Source of the DNA: Opitutales bacterium
Lineage (GTDB): Bacteria > Verrucomicrobiota > Verrucomicrobiia > Opitutales > UBA2987
Direction of reading: 5' to 3'
NCBI GenBank assembly: GCA_965226885.1
Contig: CBDDEL010000012.1
Span: forward strand, 96,001-160,000
Length of the DNA stretch: 64,000 nucleotides
Shown here: positions 10,016 to 21,179 of the stretch, one piece after another
Layout of the letters: the number at the start of each line of letters is the position of its first letter
How positions within the stretch are numbered: the stretch's first letter is position 1
Translations under genes and position numbers: made by a program
Notes under the pieces: model-generated
Databases searched by the model: none
Told to the model about the DNA's origin: nothing
Seen by the model: only the letters and a program-made list of their open reading frames with translations

Positions 10016-11050
10016 ATGACAGCATTGGAGGTTAGTTCATGTAGCGAAACGGAGCCCGAGGTGCCCGGAACGGATCTTCTTTTAAGGGTCCGCAATCTGT
10101 GCAAACATTTTCCCGTTTTCAGCCGTGGATTCTTTAAGAAACAAATCGCCACGATAAGGGCGGTTGATCAGGTTTCCTTTGATTTGAAACGCGGAGAAAC
10201 CCTGGGCCTGGTGGGCGAAAGCGGCTCGGGCAAGACCACCTGCGCGCGAACTATCCTGCGGGCTTTGAAACCGACGGAAGGGGAAGTACTGTTCCGGGCA
10301 AACGGTAAGACTATAGACCTGGCCAGAGTCCAGGAGCGTGACTTGAAACCCTTGCGGACGAAGATGCAAATGATCTTTCAGGATCCGTTTTCATCCTTGA
10401 ATCCACGCATGACGGTTGGCGACATCGTGGGCGAGCCGCTGACGATCCACCGCCTCGCCAAAGGTTCAGAATGGGAGGAGCGCATCGTGGAAATGCTGCG
10501 CATGGTAGGATTGAAACCCGAACACCGTCAGAGGTATCCGCACGCCTTCAGCGGCGGTCAGCGCCAGCGCATAGGGATCGCCCGCGCTCTCATAATGCGG
10601 CCGTCCCTGGTGATCGCAGACGAAGCGGTCTCGGCGCTCGACGTATCTGTGCAGGCCCAGGTAATCAATCTGCTCAAAGACCTGCAAAGCGAATTCAATC
10701 TGACCTATATATTCGTGGCCCATGATCTAAGTGTGGTGCGGCATGTATGTGACCGGGTAGCTGTCATGTATGCGGGAAAAATCGTCGAGATAGCGCCCAC
10801 CCGAGACCTCTTTGACGATCCCCGGCACCCCTACACCAAAGCGCTCATTTCAGCCATTCCCAACCCCGATCCGGACATCAAATTAGATTTTTCAATCGGC
10901 GGCGAAGTAGCCGACCCAGGGAAATTGCCGTCCGGTTGTAGCTTTCACCCCCGCTGCCCCGAATGCTTTGCCCCCTGCAAAAGCGAGACGCCCGAATTGA
11001 TCAGGCTGGAGAAAAACCGCCAAACCGCCTGCCACCTCTACCAGCCTTAA
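10016..11050 (+). CDS. oppF: Oligopeptide/dipeptide ABC transporter ATP-binding protein (OppF/DppF-like)
   Basis: GESGSGKT, IFQDPFSSLNPR, FSGGQRQR and GCSFHPRC motifs. Confidence 0.92.
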   Translation: MTALEVSSCSETEPEVPGTDLLLRVRNLCKHFPVFSRGFFKKQIATIRAVDQVSFDLKRGETLGLVGESGSGKTTCARTILRALKPTEGEVLFRANGKTIDLARVQERDLKPLRTKMQMIFQDPFSSLNPRMTVGDIVGEPLTIHRLAKGSEWEERIVEMLRMVGLKPEHRQRYPHAFSGGQRQRIGIARALIMRPSLVIADEAVSALDVSVQAQVINLLKDLQSEFNLTYIFVAHDLSVVRHVCDRVAVMYAGKIVEIAPTRDLFDDPRHPYTKALISAIPNPDPDIKLDFSIGGEVADPGKLPSGCSFHPRCPECFAPCKSETPELIRLEKNRQTACHLYQP

Positions 11051-11066
11051 AAACACCGGAATATGG

Positions 11067-11107
11067 AAAAACTGCCGTCTATGCAATTGCATAGACGGCT
11101 GTTTTTT
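11067..11107. terminator. Bidirectional rho-independent terminator
   Basis: Perfect palindrome gccgtctatgcaattgcatagacggc (11074-11099) flanked by an A run and a T run, between convergent genes. Confidence 0.85.
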
Positions 11108-11172
11108 GTCATGAGCTTTCGGGTCTTTTCTGCGGAAAGACCCTCATTGGCAATGGAGTGGCTAGTAGCCGA

Positions 11173-12381
11173 CTAAAACAGCTCTTTGACTACCTGGGCC
11201 ATGGCGTCGCCGATCTTTTCCAGGTCTTCCTGGCTGTGGCGGGCCGATATCGAGGTGCGGATGAGGTCTTTGCCCGGGGCTACTCCAGGGGTGACCGCCA
11301 TCACCGTGAAGACTCCTTTTTCCATCAGCGATTTCCAGAAGCGAAAGGTGAGCGCTTTGCTGCCCAGCACGATGGGCACCGCGGGCGATTCGCTGCCCCA
11401 GGTGTCCAGCCCTAGCCCGTTCAGTATTTTGATGTATTGGCGGGTGTTTTCCCACAGCCGCTGGAGGTGCTCCGGCTCCGTTTGGAGGATTTCCAGGGAG
11501 GCTTGCGCGCAGGCCGCCTGGCAGGGGCTGATGGCCGCGCTGAATACGGTCTGTTTGGAATTGGTGCGCAAATAATCGATCACTTCCTTCGAGCCGGCCA
11601 CGAAGCCTCCCGTGCTGGAGAGCGCTTTGGACATGCTCCCGGCGATCACATCAATCGAGTTGGTCACCCCCAGGTGGTCGGCCGTGCCGCGCCCTTCGCG
11701 CCCCAAAACGCCCAGCCCGTGGGCGTCGTCCATTACGATGAAGCAGTTTTTCCCTTTCGTGATTTTGAGAAATGCGGGTATCTGCGCGATGTGCCCTTCC
11801 ATCGAGTAAACTCCCTCGATGACGAGCAGCTTGGGCCCTTGCGGCGGCTCCAGCGATAAAATGTCCTGCAAATCGGCTGGGTTGTTGTGGCTGAAGCGTT
11901 CCACCCGGGCTCTCGACACACAGATGCCCGACCACAGCGAGGAGTGGGCGTTGCGGTCCACCAGGATGAGATCCCCCCTGCAGGCGAAGGTGGCCACCCC
12001 GGACATGCACGAGAGGTAGCCGGCGGCGCTCACATGACAAGCCTCCTTGCCCAGAAAATCGGCCAGCATCTCCTCCAGGGCCAAGTGGTAGCGGCGGCTG
12101 CCGTTGGCCAGGCGGGCCCCGGTGGTGCTGCTACCCCATGTTTCGAGGGCGCGTTTGCCCGCCTTGATGACCTTGGGATGATGGCTCAAACCCAGGTAAT
12201 CGTTGCTGCTGAGCATGACCAGTTCCTGCCCGTTGACCTGGACGTGGGAACCGTTTTGCCCCTCAATAGTGTGGTAGTAAGGATTGTATTTGAGACGCAG
12301 GCGGGTAGCCTCATCCTCCCGGCAACGCCGGCGGATGGAGTTGCCCGTCCTCCTTACCGTAAAAGTCGATAGTTTTTCCAC
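11173..12381 (-). CDS. PLP-dependent alpha-oxoamine synthase (serine palmitoyltransferase / AONS family)
   Basis: SNDYLGL, HSSL, EGVYSMEG, DDAHGLG and PLP-lysine motif SMSKAL. Confidence 0.88.
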   Translation of the reverse strand: MEKLSTFTVRRTGNSIRRRCREDEATRLRLKYNPYYHTIEGQNGSHVQVNGQELVMLSSNDYLGLSHHPKVIKAGKRALETWGSSTTGARLANGSRRYHLALEEMLADFLGKEACHVSAAGYLSCMSGVATFACRGDLILVDRNAHSSLWSGICVSRARVERFSHNNPADLQDILSLEPPQGPKLLVIEGVYSMEGHIAQIPAFLKITKGKNCFIVMDDAHGLGVLGREGRGTADHLGVTNSIDVIAGSMSKALSSTGGFVAGSKEVIDYLRTNSKQTVFSAAISPCQAACAQASLEILQTEPEHLQRLWENTRQYIKILNGLGLDTWGSESPAVPIVLGSKALTFRFWKSLMEKGVFTVMAVTPGVAPGKDLIRTSISARHSQEDLEKIGDAMAQVVKELF

Positions 12382-12722
12382 TTTGATGTTATTACCTCAG
12401 CAATGGTTGTTGAAAAAGAAGGTAGGTAAACCTTTTGGATTGCACAATAAATACAAGTTATGGAACCAATAGGAAATTCATAAAGCACTATCAGAAAGTA
12501 TATTTACCCGGTTCAAGGCAAGAAAAATTACTAGTTTCCGCTAGGAACTCAAATAGATATATATTCCATTTCATAGTCAGGGAGCGATGACCAAACCACC
12601 GTCTAACCAATTTAAGGGTTCTTACCATTTTGTAAAGTAAGAAGATTAAATTTACGATTTCTTAATTTATCTGAGTTCTCCGGCTGCATAAGCTTTCGTT
12701 TGAATACCTACAGCTTATGCCC

Positions 12723-13859
12723 TTAAAAGAGGACGTTTACATTGTGATTCCAGGTAAATCGCGCGGCATATGTCCTGCCTCCATTCCCCAGTTTTTGTCG
12801 CAATACTTTATCTTCACATAGCTTCTGAACGGTGCCAGCCAATTCCAGAGAGTCGCCCGGCGAAACCAAAATCCCCGTTTCCCCATCCAGAACGGACTCC
12901 TCGATTCCCCCGCTGCGGGAAGCCACAATGGGCAATCCATAACCCGACGCTTCCAGGCAGACAAGACCGAAGCCCTCGACGCTCTTATTATGTAAATGGC
13001 TGGTTAAAAGGAAGATATCTGCCCCCGAATAAATTTCTCCAAGCGATGAATCATCGACTTCTCCCCATATTCTGATTTTAATGTCATGCCGTGAAGAATA
13101 GTGCTCAATTTCACGCAAATAGCTTTTCTGCCCCCGGGATCGGGCAGGCCCGGCAAGCCAATATTCCACCTTCTCTAGCACATCTTTGGGCAACAGCCTG
13201 AGCCCCTGCAAAACCCTCAATTGGCCTTTGCGGGGTGTGATTCTTCCTACCGTCAATAGAATAATCCGATTGTTTTGCTGTTGTTTAATTTTAGACAGAA
13301 TCTTCAAATCGCTGCGCAATGCGCCGGATGTCAGGACCGTTTTAGCCATTGATGAGGGAAATTTTTCAACCAGTAATTTGCGGCAAAAACGGGACACCAC
13401 TCCAATTTTGTCCGCTTTTTGCAGAAGTTTATTGAATAACCAGCGCCGGTGGATCGGGGATGAAAACCGCAATATTTCCGACCCGTGAAGGGTAATGATC
13501 AATTTTTTCCACGAAATGGCCGGAATCCATTGCAGATACATCATGGCCCGCAGTGGGCCCGGTTCCGGCAAATAGACAATTTTATTGGCCAGTAATTTCC
13601 GATGATGCCAAATGTAGAAGCCCAGCCTGAACCTGTCCATCCAGCCCTGGCCCCCTTTGACGGGTAGCTCCCTTACCCAATATGGAAAAGATTTTTCCCG
13701 CAAACGATCATGCCTGGGAGCCCATACCTCCACCTGAAAACCCATTTCGGCGGCACATCGGGCCATTTCCTGCACATAAGTCGATATTCCTGCTTTTCGC
13801 GGGAAAAATTCATGCGTCACCATCACAATTTCAGCATTTGGCAATTTCTCGCTTTCCAT
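12723..13859 (-). CDS. Glycosyltransferase family 4
   Basis: TVGRITPRKG and EGFGLVCLEA motifs. Confidence 0.9.
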   Translation of the reverse strand: MESEKLPNAEIVMVTHEFFPRKAGISTYVQEMARCAAEMGFQVEVWAPRHDRLREKSFPYWVRELPVKGGQGWMDRFRLGFYIWHHRKLLANKIVYLPEPGPLRAMMYLQWIPAISWKKLIITLHGSEILRFSSPIHRRWLFNKLLQKADKIGVVSRFCRKLLVEKFPSSMAKTVLTSGALRSDLKILSKIKQQQNNRIILLTVGRITPRKGQLRVLQGLRLLPKDVLEKVEYWLAGPARSRGQKSYLREIEHYSSRHDIKIRIWGEVDDSSLGEIYSGADIFLLTSHLHNKSVEGFGLVCLEASGYGLPIVASRSGGIEESVLDGETGILVSPGDSLELAGTVQKLCEDKVLRQKLGNGGRTYAARFTWNHNVNVLF

Positions 13860-13943
13860 GGCAGACAAATCAAATGCTCAATTAATGGGTTGATTGCAAC
13901 CTATTGCAAGGCACACAATTTCATTTCATTTCCATTTATAAAA

Positions 13944-15044
13944 ATGAAAATAATGATTCTTCAGGATTTTCTGCGTTCGGGCGGGACTGAGCGGCAAACG
14001 ATTTTCCTGGCCAAACACTTCCGGCGAAGCGGGCATGAAGTATCGCTGCTCACCTTTCGCCCCGGCGGTCGATTATCGTCGCCATGGGCCAAAAATCGCC
14101 CGGACGGAATTTTATTAAAATCATTGCAGAAATTCGACTCGGGCTTGTCGTTTTACGCTCCTGGTTTGATAAATGAGATCGCCCGCCAATCCCCCTATGC
14201 CGTCATGTGCATGGGCCGCATGGCCAACCTATACGGGGGAAAAATACAAAAAAGCTTCCCCAAAATTCGAGTTGTCGGCACTCTGCGCACCGGCAAAAAA
14301 TTGTCTTTCTTATCCGCCAGGTCCCTTAGGGGAGTCGGGGGGATAATTGTGAACAGCCAATGGTGGAAACACCGATTGGAGGGCGATGGCTTTAAGAGCC
14401 ATAAAATCAAAATCATCCGCAATTCCATGACTTTGACCGGCGGCCAGGATGAATCGGCCCAAGATCGAAAATTAGAGAACGACCGCCTCTGGGAGTCTCA
14501 TACCGACGATCCCGCCTGTGTTTTCCTCAGTGTGGCCGCATTTCGGCAGGGAAAAGGGCAAGATGAATTACTCAAGATTTTTTCCCGGCTCGACCCCTCC
14601 CTAAAATGGCGGCTCCGATTTGTTGGCGACGGCCCGAACATGCGCCGCTGCGAAAGATTGGCGGCGCGATTGGGCCAAACGAATCGAGTCGCTTTCCTGG
14701 GCTATATCGACGACCCTCGTGGCCTTTACCGGCAAGCGGATATTGCCGTATCGGCCTCGCAGGAGGATTCCCTGCCCAATTTCCTGATCGAAGCCCAATG
14801 GTATGGATTACCGGTCGTGGCAATGAAATACAGGGGCATTGAGGAGACTTTCCAGGACGGCACGACCGGCCATCTCATTGCACGGGGAGATCAATATGCT
14901 TTTGTGAAAGCCTTGCAAAATATGATCCTCCACGCGGAAAAGCGGAAACAATTTGGCATTGAGGCTCAAGAACATGCCCGAAAGAATTTTCCCCCGCAAA
15001 AACAAGCGGAAAAAACACTTCGGTTTTTATTGGGAAATCAATGA
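13944..15044 (+). CDS. Glycosyltransferase family 4
   Basis: GGTERQ N-terminus, KGQ and DSLPNFLIEA motifs; start moved to ATG 13944 to avoid overlap with the divergent gene. Confidence 0.85.
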   Translation: MKIMILQDFLRSGGTERQTIFLAKHFRRSGHEVSLLTFRPGGRLSSPWAKNRPDGILLKSLQKFDSGLSFYAPGLINEIARQSPYAVMCMGRMANLYGGKIQKSFPKIRVVGTLRTGKKLSFLSARSLRGVGGIIVNSQWWKHRLEGDGFKSHKIKIIRNSMTLTGGQDESAQDRKLENDRLWESHTDDPACVFLSVAAFRQGKGQDELLKIFSRLDPSLKWRLRFVGDGPNMRRCERLAARLGQTNRVAFLGYIDDPRGLYRQADIAVSASQEDSLPNFLIEAQWYGLPVVAMKYRGIEETFQDGTTGHLIARGDQYAFVKALQNMILHAEKRKQFGIEAQEHARKNFPPQKQAEKTLRFLLGNQ

Positions 15045-15916
15045 CCCCGAAGAATCTTTTGTAAATAATCCCGATAAGGCGAATGGGCCAAAGATTCGAT
15101 CTGGCGCTGCAAAGCCTCGGCATCGATCCAACCCTTGCGGTAGGCGATTTCCTCCGGACAGGATATTTTCATCCCTTGCCGTCTTTCGATGACCTGAACG
15201 AAGTTTGAGGCGTCCAAAAGACTGTCGTGGGTTCCGGTGTCCAGCCAGGCGATTCCGCGCCCCAGTAGCTCCACCCGCAATTGCCCTTTTTCCATATACG
15301 CCCGGTTCAAGTCGGTGATTTCCAGCTCACCGCGCTCGGAAGGTTTTAGCTGGCCCGCCATTCGAGGGGCCTGATTGTCGTAAAAATAAATTCCTGGCAC
15401 AGCATAGGGCGAACGCGGCCGGGCAGGTTTTTCCTCGATCGATAGGGCTTTCCCGGTAGCGGAGAACTCGACTACCCCGTAGCGCCCCGGATCGGATACT
15501 TGATAACCGAAAATAGTGGCCCCTGCCTCCCTGCCATCGGCGGCCAGTAGGGTTTTTGGCAAATTGTGCCCATAAAATAGATTGTCGCCCAAAATGAGGG
15601 CCGAGGGATCCCCATTGAGAAACTCTTCAGCGATGATAAGGGCCTGGGCGAGCCCCTCCGGGCGGGATTGTTCGGCATAGGAAACGCGCATTCCGAACTG
15701 ACTGCCGTTTTGCAGCAAATGGCGAAATAAAGGCAAATCGGTGGGCTTCGAGATGACCAGAACTTCCCTCAGATTCGAAAGCATAAGAACGGACAAGGGG
15801 TAATAAATCATCGGCTTGTCGTAGATCGGCATCAACTGCTTGCTCACGGCCAGGGTCAACGGATACAATCGCGTCCCCGAACCGCCTGCCAATAAGATCC
15901 CTTTTCTCTGTTTCAT
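15038..15916 (-). CDS. rfbA: Glucose-1-phosphate thymidylyltransferase
   Basis: GILLAGGSGTRLYPLT, SKQLMPIYDKPMIYYPL, RGELEITD and WLDTGT motifs. Confidence 0.97.
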   Translation of the reverse strand: MKQRKGILLAGGSGTRLYPLTLAVSKQLMPIYDKPMIYYPLSVLMLSNLREVLVISKPTDLPLFRHLLQNGSQFGMRVSYAEQSRPEGLAQALIIAEEFLNGDPSALILGDNLFYGHNLPKTLLAADGREAGATIFGYQVSDPGRYGVVEFSATGKALSIEEKPARPRSPYAVPGIYFYDNQAPRMAGQLKPSERGELEITDLNRAYMEKGQLRVELLGRGIAWLDTGTHDSLLDASNFVQVIERRQGMKISCPEEIAYRKGWIDAEALQRQIESLAHSPYRDYLQKILRGH

Positions 15917-16058
15917 TTTTCCGATTTCCGATGCTGTCTTATGTCATAAGCCATTGTCTGTCAGCGCATGTAAGGCTAAATTTCATGCCCGGAAATTTAT
16001 CGACCTAACCCCTGGGACTTGCCTGAAAATAGATTTTTCCCTCTCCCGGCTCCTCCTT

Positions 16059-18667
16059 TCACCCTTTCGGCTGAAGGATCGAAACGAAGGCATCGGTCTC
16101 GCGAACCGAGGCAAAATCGCCTTCCCGGCGCAGGTCGTCGACTGTCCAGGAAACGACATTGGGAAAGTTTTGCATAAAAGCATCCTGTAGCAGGGACGCC
16201 GCCTGTTCCTTGTCGTCGATGAGGGCGGCGATGCGGGCCCGCATATAGCTGTCCCAGCCATAGGATTCCGGGTAATCGGCAGTGCGCATGTCATTAAAAA
16301 TTTCCAACGCTTCCCTCGTTTCGGCCATGCGGGCCGCGCACAATCCTACATAACCGATGGGAACGGGATACTCGCCATATTCGCTGGCCAAGGCGATGAA
16401 GACTTTTTTAGCCTCCTCATATTTACCGGCCCGGTAGAGAAGTTCTCCATAAAAAAACCGGTGTTGATCGGTTTCCACCATCTTGTCGGGCAGTTTTTCG
16501 ACCCATAGAAAGGCCTGGTCGTAGAGTTCCTTGGCTGCTGAAACATTGCCCTTTGCCGCCAGCACCATGCCCGTGTCGAGAAGCAGCCGCCCGGTCGTCA
16601 TATCTCTCAGTGGCGTAAAACGATAAGAGGAACTGATGCGCCGGTTGACTTCGTTCAATTGGCCCAACTCGGCCAAGGCCAGGGTTTCCGCCCTCAGGGC
16701 GATAAAATTGAATGGAAATTCTTTAACCCCCTCCTGGGCTACTTTCAGGGCTTCCTCGTAGTTGCCCAACTGCCTCTGGGCCACGGAATGAAAATTGTAG
16801 GTATAAGCGTCCAATGGGGTCATGCGCAGCTCCGGATCCGTTTTCTGGAAAATTTCCAGCGCTTCCCTCGGCCGATTCAGCCAGAGCGCCCGAAGCCCCG
16901 CATTGACAAGGGTGCGGTGGGAGGACTCCAGATCAACCAATTGCCTCGCGTATTGGTAGGAGCGCAATACCTCTCCATTGTTCGAGGCTAAAGCAAAGTC
17001 CACATAAGCCTGGTCGAGGTCGTTAAGCTGATTGCCTTTTTTCCTTAAATTCTCGAATAGGGCATTGGCCTGCTGTACTTTATCCAGATTGGCCATGGCG
17101 GCCGCCTTCATCACAGTCGGGGTCATAAATTGAGGGTCCTTTCTCTGGGCTTCATTGAAATTATCGAAGGCTTCCTGGTAATCCCCATGGCCGAAGCTTT
17201 TCATGCCCTCCTCATACAGTTTATAAGCGCTGTACAACGGTGGCCAGTTTTTGGTCGCGTCGGCCAGAAAACGATAGGTGGAATAATAGAGGGACATGGC
17301 GCTGGCCACCCGTTCCTGCAATTCGCCCACTACTTTGCGCGGCGACATCAACGGACCGCTCACCGGATCCATCGAATTGAGCACTTCTCCGGTCTCCACC
17401 AGAATGATCTTGGTCTGTATTTTTAGATCGTAGGTTTGCCAGAAATAGGAGCCGTAGATGGCAATTCCGGCCCCGTTCTGCTCCGCCTGCCCGACGATGG
17501 AACCGCTCGCTCCCCCCTCCACTCCCTGGTTGATAATGGAATCCGCCGACACACGGTTGATTGTGGCCGGAATGACCGACACCAGCTTGGTTCCCTCCAG
17601 CCCCTGGGCGATGGAATCGCAAATCACATTGCCCAGTTTTTGCTCTGCCGGATCGCCCGTCAGGTTTTCGAAAATGGCCACATAAATACGCTTTACGTCC
17701 AGCTTCGGGGTCGTCGCTTCCAGCGCCTCGGTTTTTGCCGTTTCCACCGCCGCCGCGATGGCCGCTTCGGATTCTTCAGTAACTTTGGCTACTTCTTCCT
17801 CTGCCTTGGTGACGGCTTCCTCCTGCTGTTTCAAGGCGGTCTCGAATTGCCCCAAAACATCCTGTAGCTGGCTGGCGGTTTCTTCCTGTTCTCTGGCCAC
17901 CCTGTCGGCTTCTTCCACTGCGGCCGCTGCTACTACTGCTTCCCTGGCCGCCGCCGCTTCTTCCTTGGCCAGTTCTTTCTTCTTAATCAACGGATAGATG
18001 CCGAAGGCGGCCACGGCAGCGATCACTGCGGCGCCGACCAACACCAGGGACATGGTTTTCCGCTTTTTCTTTTTCGGAACCGAGCCTTTTCTTTTCTTGA
18101 CCCCTTCTTCACCCAGATGCGCCTCCAGCAGCAACTGGTAAACGGGCACTTTTTCCCGGATGTTTTTCAGTTCAATGGGGCCCAGGTAGGTGGTGTCCAG
18201 CTTGATGCTGTTTTTCACCACATCGTAAACCGTTTGGGAAATGCAGATCCCCCCGGCTCCGCTTTGGATTCCAGGCGCGAGGCGATGTTCACCCCATCGC
18301 CCATGACATCGGACTGGTTGAAATAGACATCCCCGATATGGATGCCGATGCGGTGCAGGAGCCTTTTCTCATTGGGTTCCTTTTTTGCCAGATCGTGATT
18401 GGCATTCTGGATTTCCATGGCGCAGGCGACCGCCTGGGAGGCGCTGTCGAAATACAGAAGCAGCCCGTCGCCCATCGATTTAAGGACTCTTCCCCCCTTC
18501 TTTTCACAGATTTCGCGCATCATCGTGAAGTCGCGATTGACCCGTTTCAGAGTGCCCATTTCGTCCTCGTTCATTTGGGCGCTGAAACTGGCCACGTCTG
18601 TAAAAACAATGGTGGCCAGGGTGCGTTTGGTAGTGATTTCGGGAGGCAAATTGGTTTCGTCGCTCAT
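16059..18667 (-). CDS. Class III adenylate/guanylate cyclase with transmembrane helix, TolB-like domain and TPR repeats (frameshifted as given)
   Basis: FTDVASFS, KSMGDG, RIGIHIGDV and GDGVNIASRLE in 18215-18667; one extra G in the G6 run near 18249-18254 restores EPGGICISQTVYDVVKN and joins ORF 16059-18221. Confidence 0.85.
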
Positions 18668-18841
18668 ATCAGATCATTAAATTATTAATTTATTATGGTG
18701 ATCGAATTACCGTTGGAGATTATATTGTTCAATATTTTCACCAAACTCAACTTAAAGCTTTGTGCGGGTAAATGGCAAGCGGCATTGCAATAGGTTAACC
18801 CTGATAATAATTATCCGGCCTTTTCTGGGTGATCTTCAAGC

Positions 18842-19615
18842 TTAGACTTTCTCCAATGCCTCTTGCACGGCCGGTGGAAAGATAGCGCCCACATCGCCTT
18901 CCAGCCGCAGCGTCACCGATGGCTCGCCGTCATGGTCGGTCGCGCCGCGGTTGATGATGACGTAAGGAACGCCCCTTTGCGCGGCAATCAGCGGCATGGA
19001 GGCTGCCGGATAAGCCGACAGCGTGGAGCCCAAGGCTACCACCAGGTCTGTCTCGATAGCGGCTTTTTCCGCCCCGCGAATATCTTCGCCCCGCAGGTTC
19101 TGGCCGAAACTAATCGTTGCCGGTTTTAAAAAACCGCCGCATTCGCAACAGGGCGGCTTACCTGTCCGGCGAAAATAATCGAAATGCGGACCGGGCAGGG
19201 AACGGCGCTGACAGCTTTGGCACTCGATCTCGGCATTGGTCCCGTGCAATTCTATGACCAGTCCGGGCGAGGCCCCCGCCTTCTGATGCAGCCCATCAAT
19301 GTTTTGGGTGACCACACGGAGGATTTTTCCCGCTTTCTGCAATGACACAATGGATTCGTGGACACTGTTGGGGCGGGCATCCTTAAAATCGTCCCACGCT
19401 TCCAGCTTATAGTCCCAATGCTCGATCCGCGCCTCTTCCGAACGCATAAAATCCTGATAATAGACAGGCTTGCGACGGCTCCAGACACCCCCCGGCCCCC
19501 GAAAATCGGGAATCCCGCTGCCGGTCGATATCCCAGCCCCCGTAAAAATCAAAATCTTCCCACTCCGCCGCAGCAGTTCGCTCAATAATTCTGTAGATTC
19601 TTTGGTCATATTCAT
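18842..19615 (-). CDS. cobB: NAD-dependent protein deacylase (sirtuin, CobB-like)
   Basis: GAGISTGSGIPDFRG, TQNIDGLH, ELHG, zinc-binding CxxC/CxC and GSTL motifs; start ATG 19615. Confidence 0.88.
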   Translation of the reverse strand: MNMTKESTELLSELLRRSGKILIFTGAGISTGSGIPDFRGPGGVWSRRKPVYYQDFMRSEEARIEHWDYKLEAWDDFKDARPNSVHESIVSLQKAGKILRVVTQNIDGLHQKAGASPGLVIELHGTNAEIECQSCQRRSLPGPHFDYFRRTGKPPCCECGGFLKPATISFGQNLRGEDIRGAEKAAIETDLVVALGSTLSAYPAASMPLIAAQRGVPYVIINRGATDHDGEPSVTLRLEGDVGAIFPPAVQEALEKV

Positions 19616-19625
19616 AGCCCTTTCT

Positions 19626-20531
19626 TCAATGACCCGATTCCCGGTATTTTTTTTCACCCGCAGTGATTCTGACAGACAAGCGATTCTGGGGCGCTGGTAG
19701 CGGGCAGGTGGCAAAATCGGTAAAGGCGCAGGGTGGATTGTAAGCCCGGTTGAAGTCGATTGCATAATTGTCCGAATCGTAGGACTTTTTTACATACAGG
19801 TATCTTCCGCCACCATAGGTTTCTTCTCCATTGGTCGCGTCGCCAGAGATTACATAAAGCATTTCATCGGCAGGATCGCCGACCATTGAGGCTTCCAGGC
19901 GGTAGGTTTGCTTATCGACCCGGAAAACTAGAGTCCCTTTGGAAAGCATATCGATTTGAGTCCCCAGGACTGTCGGAATGGATAAAGTTTTCGGGATTTC
20001 ATATTCCTCGAATCGAGCCTCGATGCGCCAGGCAGGATCCACCTGATATCGCTCCAAACCTTTAAAAGCGAGCAGATCAGGGCTTTCGTAATCGCGCAAG
20101 CGAACGCCATACCTGCTGCTGCGCTCGATCACAAACCATATCAGGGAACCATAGGAAAGCACTGTCGGCTCCCCGCTTTGGTCATTTTTCAGAACCTGGG
20201 CGGTGACGATTTTTTCACCATGCAAAACCCGGATGCCGGCATTTACCTGAATCGTGACCTCCCCCTTCTCAAGGAAAAACGAACCCATCAATTCAGGGCA
20301 TTTCCCCGCCGGGAAAACAATATCGTTGGCAGGATCGGAGCCGAAGCTGTTCTTGCCATCTTTCAGCCATCCCGAAGGAGAAGTTAATGATTTTTCCCGC
20401 TCCTGCTGCCAATTTTTGATTTCAGCGGCATAGGAATCCGCAACGGCAGCTTCTCCATCGGCTGCAAATCCAATAAAAGGGCTAAGAAAAATCAATAAGG
20501 AGCTGAACAAACAAAAAGCCAAAGAAATCAC
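19626..20531 (-). CDS. DUF1684-family exported protein
   Basis: Signal peptide; DATNGEETYGGGRYL and IDFNRAYNPPCAF...TCPLP motifs. Confidence 0.88.
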   Translation of the reverse strand: MISLAFCLFSSLLIFLSPFIGFAADGEAAVADSYAAEIKNWQQEREKSLTSPSGWLKDGKNSFGSDPANDIVFPAGKCPELMGSFFLEKGEVTIQVNAGIRVLHGEKIVTAQVLKNDQSGEPTVLSYGSLIWFVIERSSRYGVRLRDYESPDLLAFKGLERYQVDPAWRIEARFEEYEIPKTLSIPTVLGTQIDMLSKGTLVFRVDKQTYRLEASMVGDPADEMLYVISGDATNGEETYGGGRYLYVKKSYDSDNYAIDFNRAYNPPCAFTDFATCPLPAPQNRLSVRITAGEKKYRESGH

Positions 20532-20691
20532 GGCAGGAGCCTATACCTTTATGTAAGCGCCAGGCAACAGGCAATATCGAGGCCTGAACAGCCACCGCGG
20601 AATACTTGCTGGATTTAATAAAAAATAAAGAAGCGGGAAGATTAATTAGGGGCCAGCCGATTTCGCCAGGTTTTAAGGCCGACTATGCCTC

Positions 20692-21018
20692 CTAATCGTC
20701 GTCATCGTCGTCGTCGTCATTTTCTATTTCCACCTCGATCACCTCGCCCTCGGGAGTGATCTCAATCTCGTATTCCGTGTCACCTACATAGCCCTCGATT
20801 TCATAGATCAGCCCCTTCCTGGTTTCCTCGATTTCGGCATCGGTCAGGATAATTCCTTCCACCGCAGCCTTGGCCGCTGCAATTACTTGCTCCGGGACCT
20901 CCGAGAGCGGGATATCCCTCTCTTTTTCTTTATTCCCGGAAGCCAAAGCAGTCATGCAAAATCCTCCCAATATAATGATGAATAATGCCTTCAAGACTGG
21001 ATTTAATTTTGTTTTCAT
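20692..21018 (-). CDS. PepSY-like exported acidic protein
   Basis: Signal peptide; LSEVPEQV...YEIEG...YEIEITPEGEV pattern; poly-Asp tail. Confidence 0.75.
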   Translation of the reverse strand: MKTKLNPVLKALFIIILGGFCMTALASGNKEKERDIPLSEVPEQVIAAAKAAVEGIILTDAEIEETRKGLIYEIEGYVGDTEYEIEITPEGEVIEVEIENDDDDDDDD

Positions 21019-21179
21019 TTTTTTCTTTGGTATTGGTTACACATCAAAAATGTTAACCTTTGAATAAACTCAATTTATATAACGAACGGAATCCATCATA
21101 ATAATCCATATAATGAATTATTCAAGCCTGATATTGAACCCGATACCCTTAATAATGCTGCCCCCCCGCAAACTTGAAT

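Noticed and set aside
16059..19615. Sir2 plus cyclase anti-phage signalling system
   Set aside because: The sirtuin has housekeeping CobB-type zinc and NAD motifs, and the cyclase is a class III membrane sensor separated by its own intergenic region.
20694..20718. GAC/GAT trinucleotide repeat as a contingency locus
   Set aside because: It encodes an in-frame poly-Asp tail with mixed codons.
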